Origin: an uncultured bacterium
GTDB taxonomy: Bacteria; Margulisbacteria; WOR-1; CAVSGV01
Direction: 5' to 3'
NCBI GenBank assembly: GCA_963699255.1
Contig: OY969425.1
Coordinates: 690,001-722,000, forward strand
DNA length: 32,000 bases
Numbering within the stretch: the stretch's first letter is position 1; every line of letters begins with the position of its first letter. Below, one piece after another: positions 17,862 to 26,370 of this stretch. The notes under the pieces were generated by a model, which saw only the letters and a program-made list of their open reading frames with translations, ran no database searches and was not told the DNA's origin. The translations under genes and the position numbers were made by a program.

Positions 17862-18953
17862 ATGGGATCCGTTATTATTGGAAAAACACCAGGCTACTTA
17901 AGGGTTCGGACCGTATTTAAAGTACCGAACGGCAATGACAGCGGGGCAAATACAGCAGAGATAACCAGTGACCTATCCACAATACACTTCACAAACGATC
18001 AACCGGACAGGGTGTCTTTTTGGGAATATCTTGAAAAGTGCAGGCCGTCCCTCCAGCTGAAAGGACTTTTTTCCAGAAAGGATCCCACCGAAAGGAAAAT
18101 AAAAAGGCTGCTTCATTTGCTGGGGAATAAAAATGAGGATGTTCAAAACAAGGCGGCGTGTGACTTAGGGGACCTTATTGAATCCGATATTCCCGCGGGG
18201 TTCAAGTCAAAGATTGTCAATTCCCTTATTAAAGCATTGAAAGATAATAATTGGCACAACCGGGATGGCGCGGCACTTGGACTGGAATATCTGACAACCT
18301 GTGATATCTCTTCGGAGTTAAAGGAAAAGATGGTAAACCCTCTTATTGAAGCGCTGGGGGATGAAAACGAAAGTGTCCGAAGTCACATAGCAACCGCCCT
18401 GAAAAATCTTGTTACCCACAACATCCCTCCTGAGACATCCGATATTTCCTCGGCGACAACTGATATATCCCTCGGGTCAAAAAAAACGATAATTGATCGC
18501 TTTATTAAAGCGCTGAAAAATGATAATTGGCTTATCCGGGATCTCGCGACAGATGCTTTTGGATATCTTGCCCGATACGATATTAATGTGGGATTAAAGG
18601 AAAAGATGGTCGCCCCTCTTATTGAAGCCCTGAATGATTCGGATTGGCATATCAAAAATGGCGCGGCATACGCCTTAGAAAATCTCTCCAGGTCCAATAT
18701 ATCCAAAGATTATAAGGAAAGCATGATCGATCCTCTAATTAAAACACTGAGGGATAAAAGCAACGCCGATATCGTTCGAACCCACGCGGTATATGCCTTT
18801 GAAAATCTTGTCAGATCCGATATTTCACGAGAATCAAAGATGAAGATGGTCTATCCTCTCTTTGAAGCATCCACGGACAGGAACAAAGATATTCAAGACA
18901 GCGCGAAACGCGCCTTAAATTATCTTGCTGAGTCCAGTATTTATGTGATTTAA
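17862..18953 (+). CDS. HEAT-repeat protein with a short non-HEAT N-terminal region
   Basis: Tandem units such as KMVAPLIEALNDSDWHIKNGAAYALENLSRSNI and KMVNPLIEALGDENESVRSHIATALKNLVTHNI. GGAGG at 17849-17853 supports ATG 17862 over the track start 17847. Confidence 0.85.
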   Translation: MGSVIIGKTPGYLRVRTVFKVPNGNDSGANTAEITSDLSTIHFTNDQPDRVSFWEYLEKCRPSLQLKGLFSRKDPTERKIKRLLHLLGNKNEDVQNKAACDLGDLIESDIPAGFKSKIVNSLIKALKDNNWHNRDGAALGLEYLTTCDISSELKEKMVNPLIEALGDENESVRSHIATALKNLVTHNIPPETSDISSATTDISLGSKKTIIDRFIKALKNDNWLIRDLATDAFGYLARYDINVGLKEKMVAPLIEALNDSDWHIKNGAAYALENLSRSNISKDYKESMIDPLIKTLRDKSNADIVRTHAVYAFENLVRSDISRESKMKMVYPLFEASTDRNKDIQDSAKRALNYLAESSIYVI

Positions 18954-18983
18954 AAGCCAATATCAGAAACAGCGACCGTCCGC

Positions 18984-19011
18984 TTGAGACCGACAGCAGT
19001 AGTGTTATAAT
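18984..19011 (+). promoter_or_regulatory. Promoter of the FAD oxidoreductase cluster
   Basis: TTGAGA (18984-18989), 16 bp, extended -10 TGTTATAAT (TATAAT 19006-19011), 8 nt to ATG 19020. Confidence 0.6.
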
Positions 19012-19019
19012 TCCTGAAA

Positions 19020-20444
19020 ATGACCCAATATAATATAGCCATAATCGGCGGCGGAATAGTCGGCAACGCAATAGCAAGAGAACTTTCCCGATATGAATTA
19101 AAGACCATCCTCATTGAAAAAGAGATCGAAGTTTCCTTCGGCACTTCAAAAGCCAATTCAGGGATAATCCACTCTGCGCTGCACGATGACATGAGGACGC
19201 TTAAGGGCAGATTGTGCCTTCAGGGGAATGCTCTCTGGGGAAAACTTTCGAAAGAACTGAGGATACCTTTCGAGAGAGTGGGAGAGATCCTTGTCGCGCG
19301 GTCAAGGGACGACATCCCTGTGCTGATAAAAATGCTGGAGAACGCGAAAGCAAACGGGATCCCGGCCGAAATGGTGGAAGGAAAGCGGCTCCATGAGCTT
19401 GAGCCGAACCTTTCCGTTGACATTAACACGGGGCTGCTCGCGCCGTCGGCGGGGGTGATACCGCCGTACGAAATGACATATGCCCTGTATGAGAACGCGA
19501 TGCAGAACGGCGTGGAATATCTTCTCGGATCAAAAGTCACGAACATAGCAAAGGAAGGGGCGGGTTATGTCATCTCCGTCGGCGGCCAGGAAATAAAATC
19601 GGATCACGTAATAAACGCGGCGGGAGTCTACGCCGACGAAGTGGCGAGATTTGTCGGCGCGAACAATTTCAGGATAAGGCCAAGAAAAGGCGAAGAGTAC
19701 ATCCTTGATAAGAGGCTCGACAACATCAATAACCACATAATATTCCCGACCCCCACGCCCACGTCAAAAGGGATACTGATAATAAAGACTATAGAAGGCT
19801 CCACCATGATCGGCCCCACCGCGGAAGACACAGATGACAGGGAAGACACATCCACGACTCCGGCGGGCTTGATGAAGATCCTTGATTTTGTCCGGACAAT
19901 GATCAACGACATCCCGAAAAAGGACATAATCGCGTCATTCGCGGGGATACGCCCCGTTTCCGACACGAACGACTTCGTAATAGAGGAATCCTCTAAATCC
20001 CCGCGCTTCATAAACGCGGCGGGGATACAATCCCCGGGATTGACGGCGGCGCCGGCGATAGCGCTGATGGTCGTGAACATATTGAGAACAACGGGTTTAC
20101 CCCTTGAAGAGAAAAAAGAATTCAAGAAATACGACAAGCCCCACAGGAGATTTTCTCTCGCTCCGGACAGGGACAAGGAGCTGCTGATCTCTTTGAACAA
20201 AGCTTACGGGAACGTGATCTGCAGGTGCGAAACAGTAACGGAAGCCGAAGTCGTCGCCGCGATAAAGAACGGCGCAAGGACCCTCGACGGTATAAAGTTC
20301 AGGACGCGCGCGGGAATGGGGAGATGCCAGGCCGGCTTCTGCACTCACCATGTGATGAAGATACTCGCAAGAGAGACCGGAACCCCTGAGGAAAAGATCA
20401 CCAAGCGGGGCGGGAACTCGTCGATAGTGAGTGAAAAAAGATGA
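19020..20444 (+). CDS. FAD-dependent oxidoreductase (GlpA/LhgO-like) with C-terminal BFD-type [2Fe-2S] domain
   Basis: NIAIIGGGIVGNAIARELSRYELKTILIEKE, TSKANSGIIHSALH, and C-terminal VICRCETVTEAEVVAAIKNGARTLDGIKFRTRAGMGRCQAGFC. Confidence 0.9.
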   Translation: MTQYNIAIIGGGIVGNAIARELSRYELKTILIEKEIEVSFGTSKANSGIIHSALHDDMRTLKGRLCLQGNALWGKLSKELRIPFERVGEILVARSRDDIPVLIKMLENAKANGIPAEMVEGKRLHELEPNLSVDINTGLLAPSAGVIPPYEMTYALYENAMQNGVEYLLGSKVTNIAKEGAGYVISVGGQEIKSDHVINAAGVYADEVARFVGANNFRIRPRKGEEYILDKRLDNINNHIIFPTPTPTSKGILIIKTIEGSTMIGPTAEDTDDREDTSTTPAGLMKILDFVRTMINDIPKKDIIASFAGIRPVSDTNDFVIEESSKSPRFINAAGIQSPGLTAAPAIALMVVNILRTTGLPLEEKKEFKKYDKPHRRFSLAPDRDKELLISLNKAYGNVICRCETVTEAEVVAAIKNGARTLDGIKFRTRAGMGRCQAGFCTHHVMKILARETGTPEEKITKRGGNSSIVSEKR

Positions 20445-21688
20445 AAAAAATATCGACCGACGTGATCGTCATAGGCGCCGGACCGGGCGGAATGGCCGCT
20501 GCCCTGAAGGCCCGCGAAATGGAAGTGAAGAACGTTCTGCTGGTCGATCGATTGCCGGAGCCAGGCGGAATACTTCAGCAGTGCATCCACAACGGCTTCG
20601 GCCTCCACAAATTCCAGAAAGATCTTACGGGGCCTGAATACGCCGATATCTACATCAAAAAAATTACGAGCGCGAACATCGAGGCTTTGCTTCATACCAT
20701 GGCCATAGAGATAACTCCGGACAATAAAGTAATCCTTTCGAACCAGACCGACGGTTTGATTGAGGTTGACGCAAAAGCCATCATTCTTGCGATGGGCTGC
20801 AGGGAGAGGACAAGGCAGCAGGCGAGCATCCCGGGCACAAGGCCGTCGGGGATCTTCACCGCGGGAGTCGCGCAGAGGTTCATGAACATAGAGGGCTTTA
20901 TTCCCGGAAGAGAGATCGTGGTCGTCGGAAGCGGGGACATCGGGATGATAATGGCGCGAAGGATGACGCTTGAAGGCGCAAATGTCCACGCCGTTACAGA
21001 GATACTCCCCTATCCCGGAGGCTTGACGAGGAACGTTGTCCAGTGCCTCAATGATTACGATATCCCGCTGTTCCTGAACCACACCGTAAGCCAGATCTAC
21101 GGAAAGGACAGGGTCAGAGGAGTTAAGATCGCCAGGATCGACAGTAAAGGCGATCCCACTGATGAAACGTTCGAAATATCATGCGATACCCTCCTTTTCT
21201 CGGTCGGATTGATACCGGAGAATGAGCTCTCCCGGATGGTCATTCTTGAGATCAATCCCCTGACAGGCGGTCCATTTATTGACGATACATACCAAACAAA
21301 AAGGCCCGGTGTTTTCATCTGCGGGAATGCGGCATTCGTTAACGACCTGGCCGATTATGTGAGCCGCGAGGGTGAGCTGGCGGGAGAATCCGCGGCGAAG
21401 TATGTGAATGGTTCACTGAAGAAGCAAATGAACGTGAGGGTCCTGGCCGGAGATAATATCCGATTTGTCGTGCCTAACTCCATCACAAGGACGGATCGGG
21501 TGACTTTGTATGCGCGCGTCACCCGTCCCATGCTAAATGTAAGGGTAACGTCATCCGAAGATATCGTGAACATGAAAAAACAGATAGTGAAGCCGAGCGA
21601 GATGCTGGAGATAGAGCTGGACGGCGAAAAGCTGAAAAAGATAAAAGAGCTGAGGGAGATAATGATCGATGTCAGACCGGATAAATGA
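20441..21688 (+). CDS. NAD(P)/FAD-dependent oxidoreductase, pyridine nucleotide-disulfide family, partner of GlpA-like protein
   Basis: DVIVIGAGPGGMAAALKAREMEVKNVLLVDRLPEPGGILQQCIHNGFGLHKF, GIFTAGVAQRFMNIEG, VVGSGDIGMIMARRMTLEG, GVFICGNAAFVNDLADYVSREG. Confidence 0.9.
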   Translation: MKKISTDVIVIGAGPGGMAAALKAREMEVKNVLLVDRLPEPGGILQQCIHNGFGLHKFQKDLTGPEYADIYIKKITSANIEALLHTMAIEITPDNKVILSNQTDGLIEVDAKAIILAMGCRERTRQQASIPGTRPSGIFTAGVAQRFMNIEGFIPGREIVVVGSGDIGMIMARRMTLEGANVHAVTEILPYPGGLTRNVVQCLNDYDIPLFLNHTVSQIYGKDRVRGVKIARIDSKGDPTDETFEISCDTLLFSVGLIPENELSRMVILEINPLTGGPFIDDTYQTKRPGVFICGNAAFVNDLADYVSREGELAGESAAKYVNGSLKKQMNVRVLAGDNIRFVVPNSITRTDRVTLYARVTRPMLNVRVTSSEDIVNMKKQIVKPSEMLEIELDGEKLKKIKELREIMIDVRPDK

Positions 21689-22040
21689 GAACAAATTCAT
21701 CTGCATAATGTGCCCACTCGGGTGCGAGGTGGTGGTCAGGTCGGATGAAAGCGGACAGATAACCGAGATACTCGGCAATAAATGCGCCAAGGGCGAAAAA
21801 TACGCGAGGGACGAATCCGCTCATCCGCTGAGGATATTGACTTCAACTGTTGCGGTTGAAGGGGCCCAATTCGCAAGGCTCCCGGTAAGGACATCGGATC
21901 TCATACCGAAAGACAGGATGTTCGACTGCATGAAGGAGATACAGAAGGTCAGAGCCAAAGCGCCGGTGAAGCTGGGCGACAGGATCATCGAAAACATACT
22001 GGGCCTCGGCGTGGACGTGATAGCTACGAGGGATCTCTAA
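21669..22040 (+). CDS. DUF1667 protein
   Basis: FICIMCPLGCEVVV, GNKCAKGEKYARDESAHPLRILTSTVAVEGA, CMKEIQKVRAKAPVKLGDRIIENILGLGVDVIATRDL; third gene of the usual oxidoreductase trio. Confidence 0.92.
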   Translation: MSDRINENKFICIMCPLGCEVVVRSDESGQITEILGNKCAKGEKYARDESAHPLRILTSTVAVEGAQFARLPVRTSDLIPKDRMFDCMKEIQKVRAKAPVKLGDRIIENILGLGVDVIATRDL

Positions 22041-22048
22041 TCTCCAAT
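22033..22048. repeat. Short TAATCTC-type heptad microrepeat at DUF1667/phosphoesterase junction
   Basis: ATCTCTAATCTCCAAT; shares TCTAATCTCCAAT with 17488-17500. Confidence 0.65.
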
Positions 22049-22049
22049 A

Positions 22050-22421
22050 TCAAGTCTTGCTTTTAAAGAACAGCCAGTTCTTCGGCCCCGCCTTTTTGAA
22101 CCTGATGAGATGAAAATGGCCGTTCAGCTTCTTCCCGTGTATCGCCATCTCGATCTTTTCGTCATTGAATACTATGGCATCGAAAGTGCCTTTGTCCCAT
22201 ATCTTCACTTCTCCCGCCCCGTACTGCCCCTGGGGAATGGTCCCTTCAAAGTCCCCGTAATCCAGCGGATGGTCTTCAACTTCAACGGCCAATCGTTTGA
22301 CGGACGGATCGTTAGAAGGTTCCTTTGGTACCGCCCAGGATTTCAGGACGCCTTTGTTCTCAAGACGCAGGTCCCAGTGAAGGCGCGACGCATGGTGTTC
22401 GTGTATGATGTATTTAGGCAT
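22050..22421 (-). CDS. Stand-alone DNA ligase D 3'-phosphoesterase domain protein
   Basis: YIIHEHHASRLHWDLRLENKGVLKSWAVPKEPS...AVEVEDHPLDYGDFEGTIPQGQYGAGEVKIWDKGTF. Confidence 0.92.
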   Translation of the reverse strand: MPKYIIHEHHASRLHWDLRLENKGVLKSWAVPKEPSNDPSVKRLAVEVEDHPLDYGDFEGTIPQGQYGAGEVKIWDKGTFDAIVFNDEKIEMAIHGKKLNGHFHLIRFKKAGPKNWLFFKSKT

Positions 22422-22430
22422 TTCGGGAGG

Positions 22431-22439
22431 ATTATATCA
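22431..22439 (-). promoter_or_regulatory. Extended -10 TGATATAAT, 9 nt before ATG of the phosphoesterase gene
   Basis: Minus strand TGATATAAT-CCTCCCGAA-ATG. Confidence 0.5.
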
Positions 22440-22445
22440 CGCGCA

Positions 22446-23333
22446 TCAGATGCTAGAAATAAAATTATGGGCTGCCTCTCTTATTGGCGAATAAACCCCT
22501 ATATAGTCTTTTGCGAACGATTCCTGGATTTTTGGGCCTAACCCGAATATTTTCGGCTCTGAAACATCATCGATATTGATCGTATACATGAACATGCCCA
22601 TGGGCAGCTCTATCGGTTTTTTATTCACGACGGACACAACGAAATTATATGGATCGAATCCCAGCCCTATATCAACACCGTGGAATATTCTTGGAGCCTT
22701 AAAAGCCACCTTGCCAATATCGGGCGAGATCACCCCGAGAAATAAGGCCGCGGAAAACAGATTCCCCTCTATCTTCACTTCTACTTTATTCGGGTTATTA
22801 TTTGATTCATCTATAGAAATATGCGCATCGGGATCAAGGCGGACCATTTCGAATATTCTCGTGAAAGCGGCGTGAAGTCCGCATCTCTTAACGATCCCGG
22901 AAACAAAAAAATGAATGCTGAGATTGCTTAAATTCATTCTTTTTAATTCCTGGATGCTCGGCGCTAATATATTTTGGTAAAATTCCAGGTATCTGCCGCT
23001 GAACATCACGCCTGATCGAGCGACATCCGGGCCAAAAACATCCGCAAGGACGCTCGCTTTCCCTGAGTCATCATTTATATAAACATTTTCCGAAAGCTTC
23101 AGAACTTTCGTCCTATAATTACTTTCTGATCCATTCTCGAACATCATACAGCGCGGCACGTGCGCATAAGAAGGGCCAGCCTCCGTATTAGACATAAGTT
23201 TTTTAAATCTGGATCCGACCCAGCTATCCTCTTTAACTGTTTTCGCAAGTGTTTTATAAGGATGGGACAGGCCAAAATACGGCTTATAACCCGCCTTATG
23301 AAGATCGCATGTTTTCACCGTTCTAACTGCCAT
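22446..23333 (-). CDS. Hypothetical protein, no family recognised
   Basis: 295-aa uninterrupted ORF filling the gap between two confident genes; no recognised motif. Confidence 0.6.
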   Translation of the reverse strand: MAVRTVKTCDLHKAGYKPYFGLSHPYKTLAKTVKEDSWVGSRFKKLMSNTEAGPSYAHVPRCMMFENGSESNYRTKVLKLSENVYINDDSGKASVLADVFGPDVARSGVMFSGRYLEFYQNILAPSIQELKRMNLSNLSIHFFVSGIVKRCGLHAAFTRIFEMVRLDPDAHISIDESNNNPNKVEVKIEGNLFSAALFLGVISPDIGKVAFKAPRIFHGVDIGLGFDPYNFVVSVVNKKPIELPMGMFMYTINIDDVSEPKIFGLGPKIQESFAKDYIGVYSPIREAAHNFISSI

Positions 23334-23468
23334 TAATATCCCCCTGATTCGCCCTCAGAATCCTCAGATAGCGCTTATATTTCTATCCATTTATCGACCA
23401 TATGTTCCAGAAATTTCAGGTTTTTACGCGAATTCTAGGGGAATTTCAGGAAATGCTCTCGAAAGGGC

Positions 23469-24128
23469 CTATCTGGAATAATACTTCTTCATGAAAGACG
23501 CTTTTGAGGGACAGAACTGCCCTATCACGCATTCAGGGCATAAAGGACGGGGCGCCTTGCAAACGGCCCTTCCGTGGTCGACCAGATTATAATTAACCTT
23601 GCCCCAGTATTTTCTCGGGAGCAAACTCATCAGGTCCTGTTCGATCCTTCCCGGATCGTCGAACTTTGAAAATCCCAGCCTTTGTGACAGCCTGATAACA
23701 TGAGTATCCACCGCTATGCCCTCAACTTTATGGAAAGCACTATTCAGAACAACGTTCGCGGTTTTCCTTGCCACGCCGGGAAACTTGATAAGCTGTTCCA
23801 TCGAGTCGGGCACTTTTCCGTTAAAATCGGAAACCAGCATCTTCGCCATATTGATGATATTCTTCGCCTTGTTGTGATAAAAACCTGTGGACCGGATCTC
23901 CTGTTCGAACTTCCTTATATTAGCCTTCGCGTAGTCTTTCGCTGACCGGTACTTTTTGAAAAGGGTCAATGTGACGGTATTCACCCGTTTGTCAGTGCAC
24001 TGCGCGGAAAGGATCGTAGCCACTAACATTTCGAGCGGAGAATGGAATGCGAGGGCTGTTCTCGCATCTGGATATTCTTTGGACAATATTTTCAGTACTT
24101 CAAGTATTCTTGTCTTCGTCGCATCCAT
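23469..24128 (-). CDS. nth: Endonuclease III
   Basis: HSPLEMLVATILSAQCTDKRVNTVT, GFYHNKAKNI, FPGVARKTANVVLNSAF, VDTHVIRLSQRLG, C-X6-C-X2-C-X5-C (CKAPRPLCPECVIGQFC). Confidence 0.96.
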   Translation of the reverse strand: MDATKTRILEVLKILSKEYPDARTALAFHSPLEMLVATILSAQCTDKRVNTVTLTLFKKYRSAKDYAKANIRKFEQEIRSTGFYHNKAKNIINMAKMLVSDFNGKVPDSMEQLIKFPGVARKTANVVLNSAFHKVEGIAVDTHVIRLSQRLGFSKFDDPGRIEQDLMSLLPRKYWGKVNYNLVDHGRAVCKAPRPLCPECVIGQFCPSKASFMKKYYSR

Positions 24129-24139
24129 AAGTTGGATAA

Positions 24140-24148
24140 ATTATATCA
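24140..24148 (-). promoter_or_regulatory. Extended -10 TGATATAAT, 11 nt before nth ATG
   Basis: Minus strand TGATATAAT-TTATCCAACTT-ATG. Confidence 0.5.
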
Positions 24149-24190
24149 CATCTTCCCCTTCTGGCTCGCCTAGCTCTTCCGTGTTAAAAT

Positions 24191-25749
24191 ATGACCATGT
24201 ACCAAATGCTTAACATCCCGCTTAACGCGGAGGATCCCCATACCTGGCATAACCTCCTCAAGTTCCCTATTTACGCGCGCAAAGACTGGATCCGCAATCA
24301 CCTGAATGCGGTTATCGCAACGCTCAAGGAACTTCTTTCAGATAAGAACGCCTTACTGAACGTGGGCCTCGACAGCCACCAGATGCCCTGGGACGCTATC
24401 GGTTTCATCTGCCTCAATGATAATCTATACAAGGAAGCGGAAACGATCTATGACAATATCTTCAGGAAATTCCAGGACATAAAGGCGGATGCAACGATCC
24501 CTCTCTATAACCGCGGCATAGCAAGGTTCCTACAGGGGCGATATCGCGACGCATACGAGGACTTTAAGCTCGCCAGGAAAGATGATCCCCATTTCTACGA
24601 CAAGGACAGTCTCACTTTCGGCGCGATAAAATATATGGACGAGGTGCTCTTCCCCACCCGCGAGACCATCAAGAAAAATCAGGAAAAGCTGATCAAGGAC
24701 CTGAACACGCCGAAGATGGTGGATGATGTTTCTGGCCCCAACAAGCTGAAAATAATCCGGAAATGGAATTCATCGACCCCGCTCTACTCACAAACGCCGA
24801 GCCTCGGCGGAGGTTATTATCTGACCCTGAAGAACTCCCGCGGCGAGACCAAAGGCATCGTCATCGACCCCGGATACAATTTCCTTGAAATATTCAGGGA
24901 GCAGTGCCTGGGCATCCTTGACATCGACGCGATAATAGTAACGCACGATCACGACGACCACTCGGAATCGGTCGAAGGCATATTGAGCCTGGTGGCAAAA
25001 TACAATGATTACAAACTGCGCGGCCCGTCAAAGGTGCTGGATATTTTCGGATCCCCGGCGTGATGCTGAAATACCAGGGTGTTTTCAATAAGACGGACAA
25101 GGCCGGGAATAAGGAGATAAATTTCCAGCTGATGATCCCCGGCAACAGGATAACGGAGATTGACGGCGCATCGACGATGGAAAAATACGGGTTCGAGCTG
25201 GTCGTCAACCAGGCGTATCATCCCGAGCTCTGGACCAATCAGGAATCTGCGGTCGGAGTGACCATTGAAACGAACATCATTTACAAGCATCACCCACTCA
25301 AAATAGGGATGACGGGGGACACCCGGTACGAAACTTTCATCGGGAACCAGTACCAGGACATCCAGATGCTCCTGATAAACATCGGCTCGATAGAAAAAGA
25401 GGAAGGGAAACTTCTCCACTCCCACCTCGGGCTCTGCGGAAGCATAAACCTGCTCAAGGAAGCGCGGCTCGGCAAACCTCTTCTCGCCGTCCTTACCGAG
25501 TTCGGGGAGGAATTCAGGGGCAGGAGAAAGACCATAAGCAAGATCATCGAGCTGTGGGCCCAGCCGATGGAGCCGTCCCTCATAAACCACGACTTTCGCG
25601 TTATCCCGGCCGACCTTAACCTTGAGATAGATCTGACGGACCTGAGCATAAAAGAGACAAAGACAGGCAAGTTCCATCCCTACCCAGAGATCGATTTTGA
25701 CGAACTTGATCTCGAACTCATAAGCTACAAGCATAAGCACAGCGCATGA
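24191..25749 (+). CDS. TPR plus metallo-beta-lactamase-fold protein, split into two ORFs (24191..25063 and 25060..25749)
   Basis: First ORF has TPR-like helices then YYLTLKNSRG...VIDPGYN...IIVTHDHDDHSESVEG; second has KIGMTGDTRYE and HSHLGLCG, the remaining MBL metal-ligand regions. A one-base shift at CCCC 25053-25056 joins them as DIFGSPGVMLKYQG. Confidence 0.75.
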
Positions 25750-26183
25750 AATTCATAGTTGATTCCATGCTCGGAAAACTCGCAAAAAGGCTGCGCCTCA
25801 TGGGATATGACACTTATTATGATGCTAAGAAAGACGACCGCGAGATACTAAAGCTTTCAAAGGAAGAGGATCGTTTAATAGTGACCAGGGACACGGGGAT
25901 GTCAAAGATACGCGGCGCAAAAGTCCTCCTGATAAGATCAACGGACATCCATGAACAGCTGAAGGAAATATCAAAGCTAAGTCTGGACAGCAACCGATCA
26001 TTTTCAAGATGCCCGGAATGCAATACTCCCGTAAAGGACGTCAGCAAAGAAGAGGTCAAGAATATCGTTCCGAAATTGGTATATGAAACGCTGAACAAGT
26101 TCTCTTATTGCCCGAAATGCAAAAAAGCCTACTGGCAGGGAACTCACTACCAAAAGCTTCTCAAAGAATTAAAAAGCATATAA
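25746..26183 (+). CDS. Mut7-C RNase (PIN-like) domain protein with C-terminal zinc ribbon
   Basis: MKFIVDSMLGKLAKRLRLMGYDTYYDAKKDDREILKLSKEEDRLIVTRDTG, and CPECNTPV...CPKCKKAYWQGTHYQKL. Confidence 0.93.
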   Translation: MKFIVDSMLGKLAKRLRLMGYDTYYDAKKDDREILKLSKEEDRLIVTRDTGMSKIRGAKVLLIRSTDIHEQLKEISKLSLDSNRSFSRCPECNTPVKDVSKEEVKNIVPKLVYETLNKFSYCPKCKKAYWQGTHYQKLLKELKSI

Positions 26184-26295
26184 GTTAGCCAGAATATTCC
26201 CCCTTGCTGTCGAAAGCGACTATAAGTGACAATTCCCCCTACAGTTTTATGCTACTTTCATGCTCAACGCATCTGGCAACAAAATTGCTAACTCA

Positions 26296-26370
26296 AGAGA
26301 TGCGAGGTGTGAGATGCGAGATGCGATAAAAACAAAAGAGATGGGATGTGCGAGATGAGAGATGCGATAA
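26296..26370 (+). repeat. Heptad microrepeat array (AGATGNG) left of the four-helix-bundle gene
   Basis: AGAGATGCGAGGTGTGAGATGCGAGATGCGATAAAAACAAAAGAGATGGGATGTGCGAGATGAGAGATGCGATA; 7-bp phase. Confidence 0.8.

Noticed and set aside
20345-21082. Minus-strand ORF of 245 aa
   Set aside because: Antisense to the NAD-FAD oxidoreductase; no motif.
25009-25740. Minus-strand ORF of 243 aa
   Set aside because: Antisense to the MBL second half; shadow ORF.
25060-25749. Programmed ribosomal frameshift for the MBL protein
   Set aside because: No canonical slippery heptamer plus pseudoknot recognised, and three other single-base breaks in the window make sequence error the simpler explanation; kept only as an alternative.
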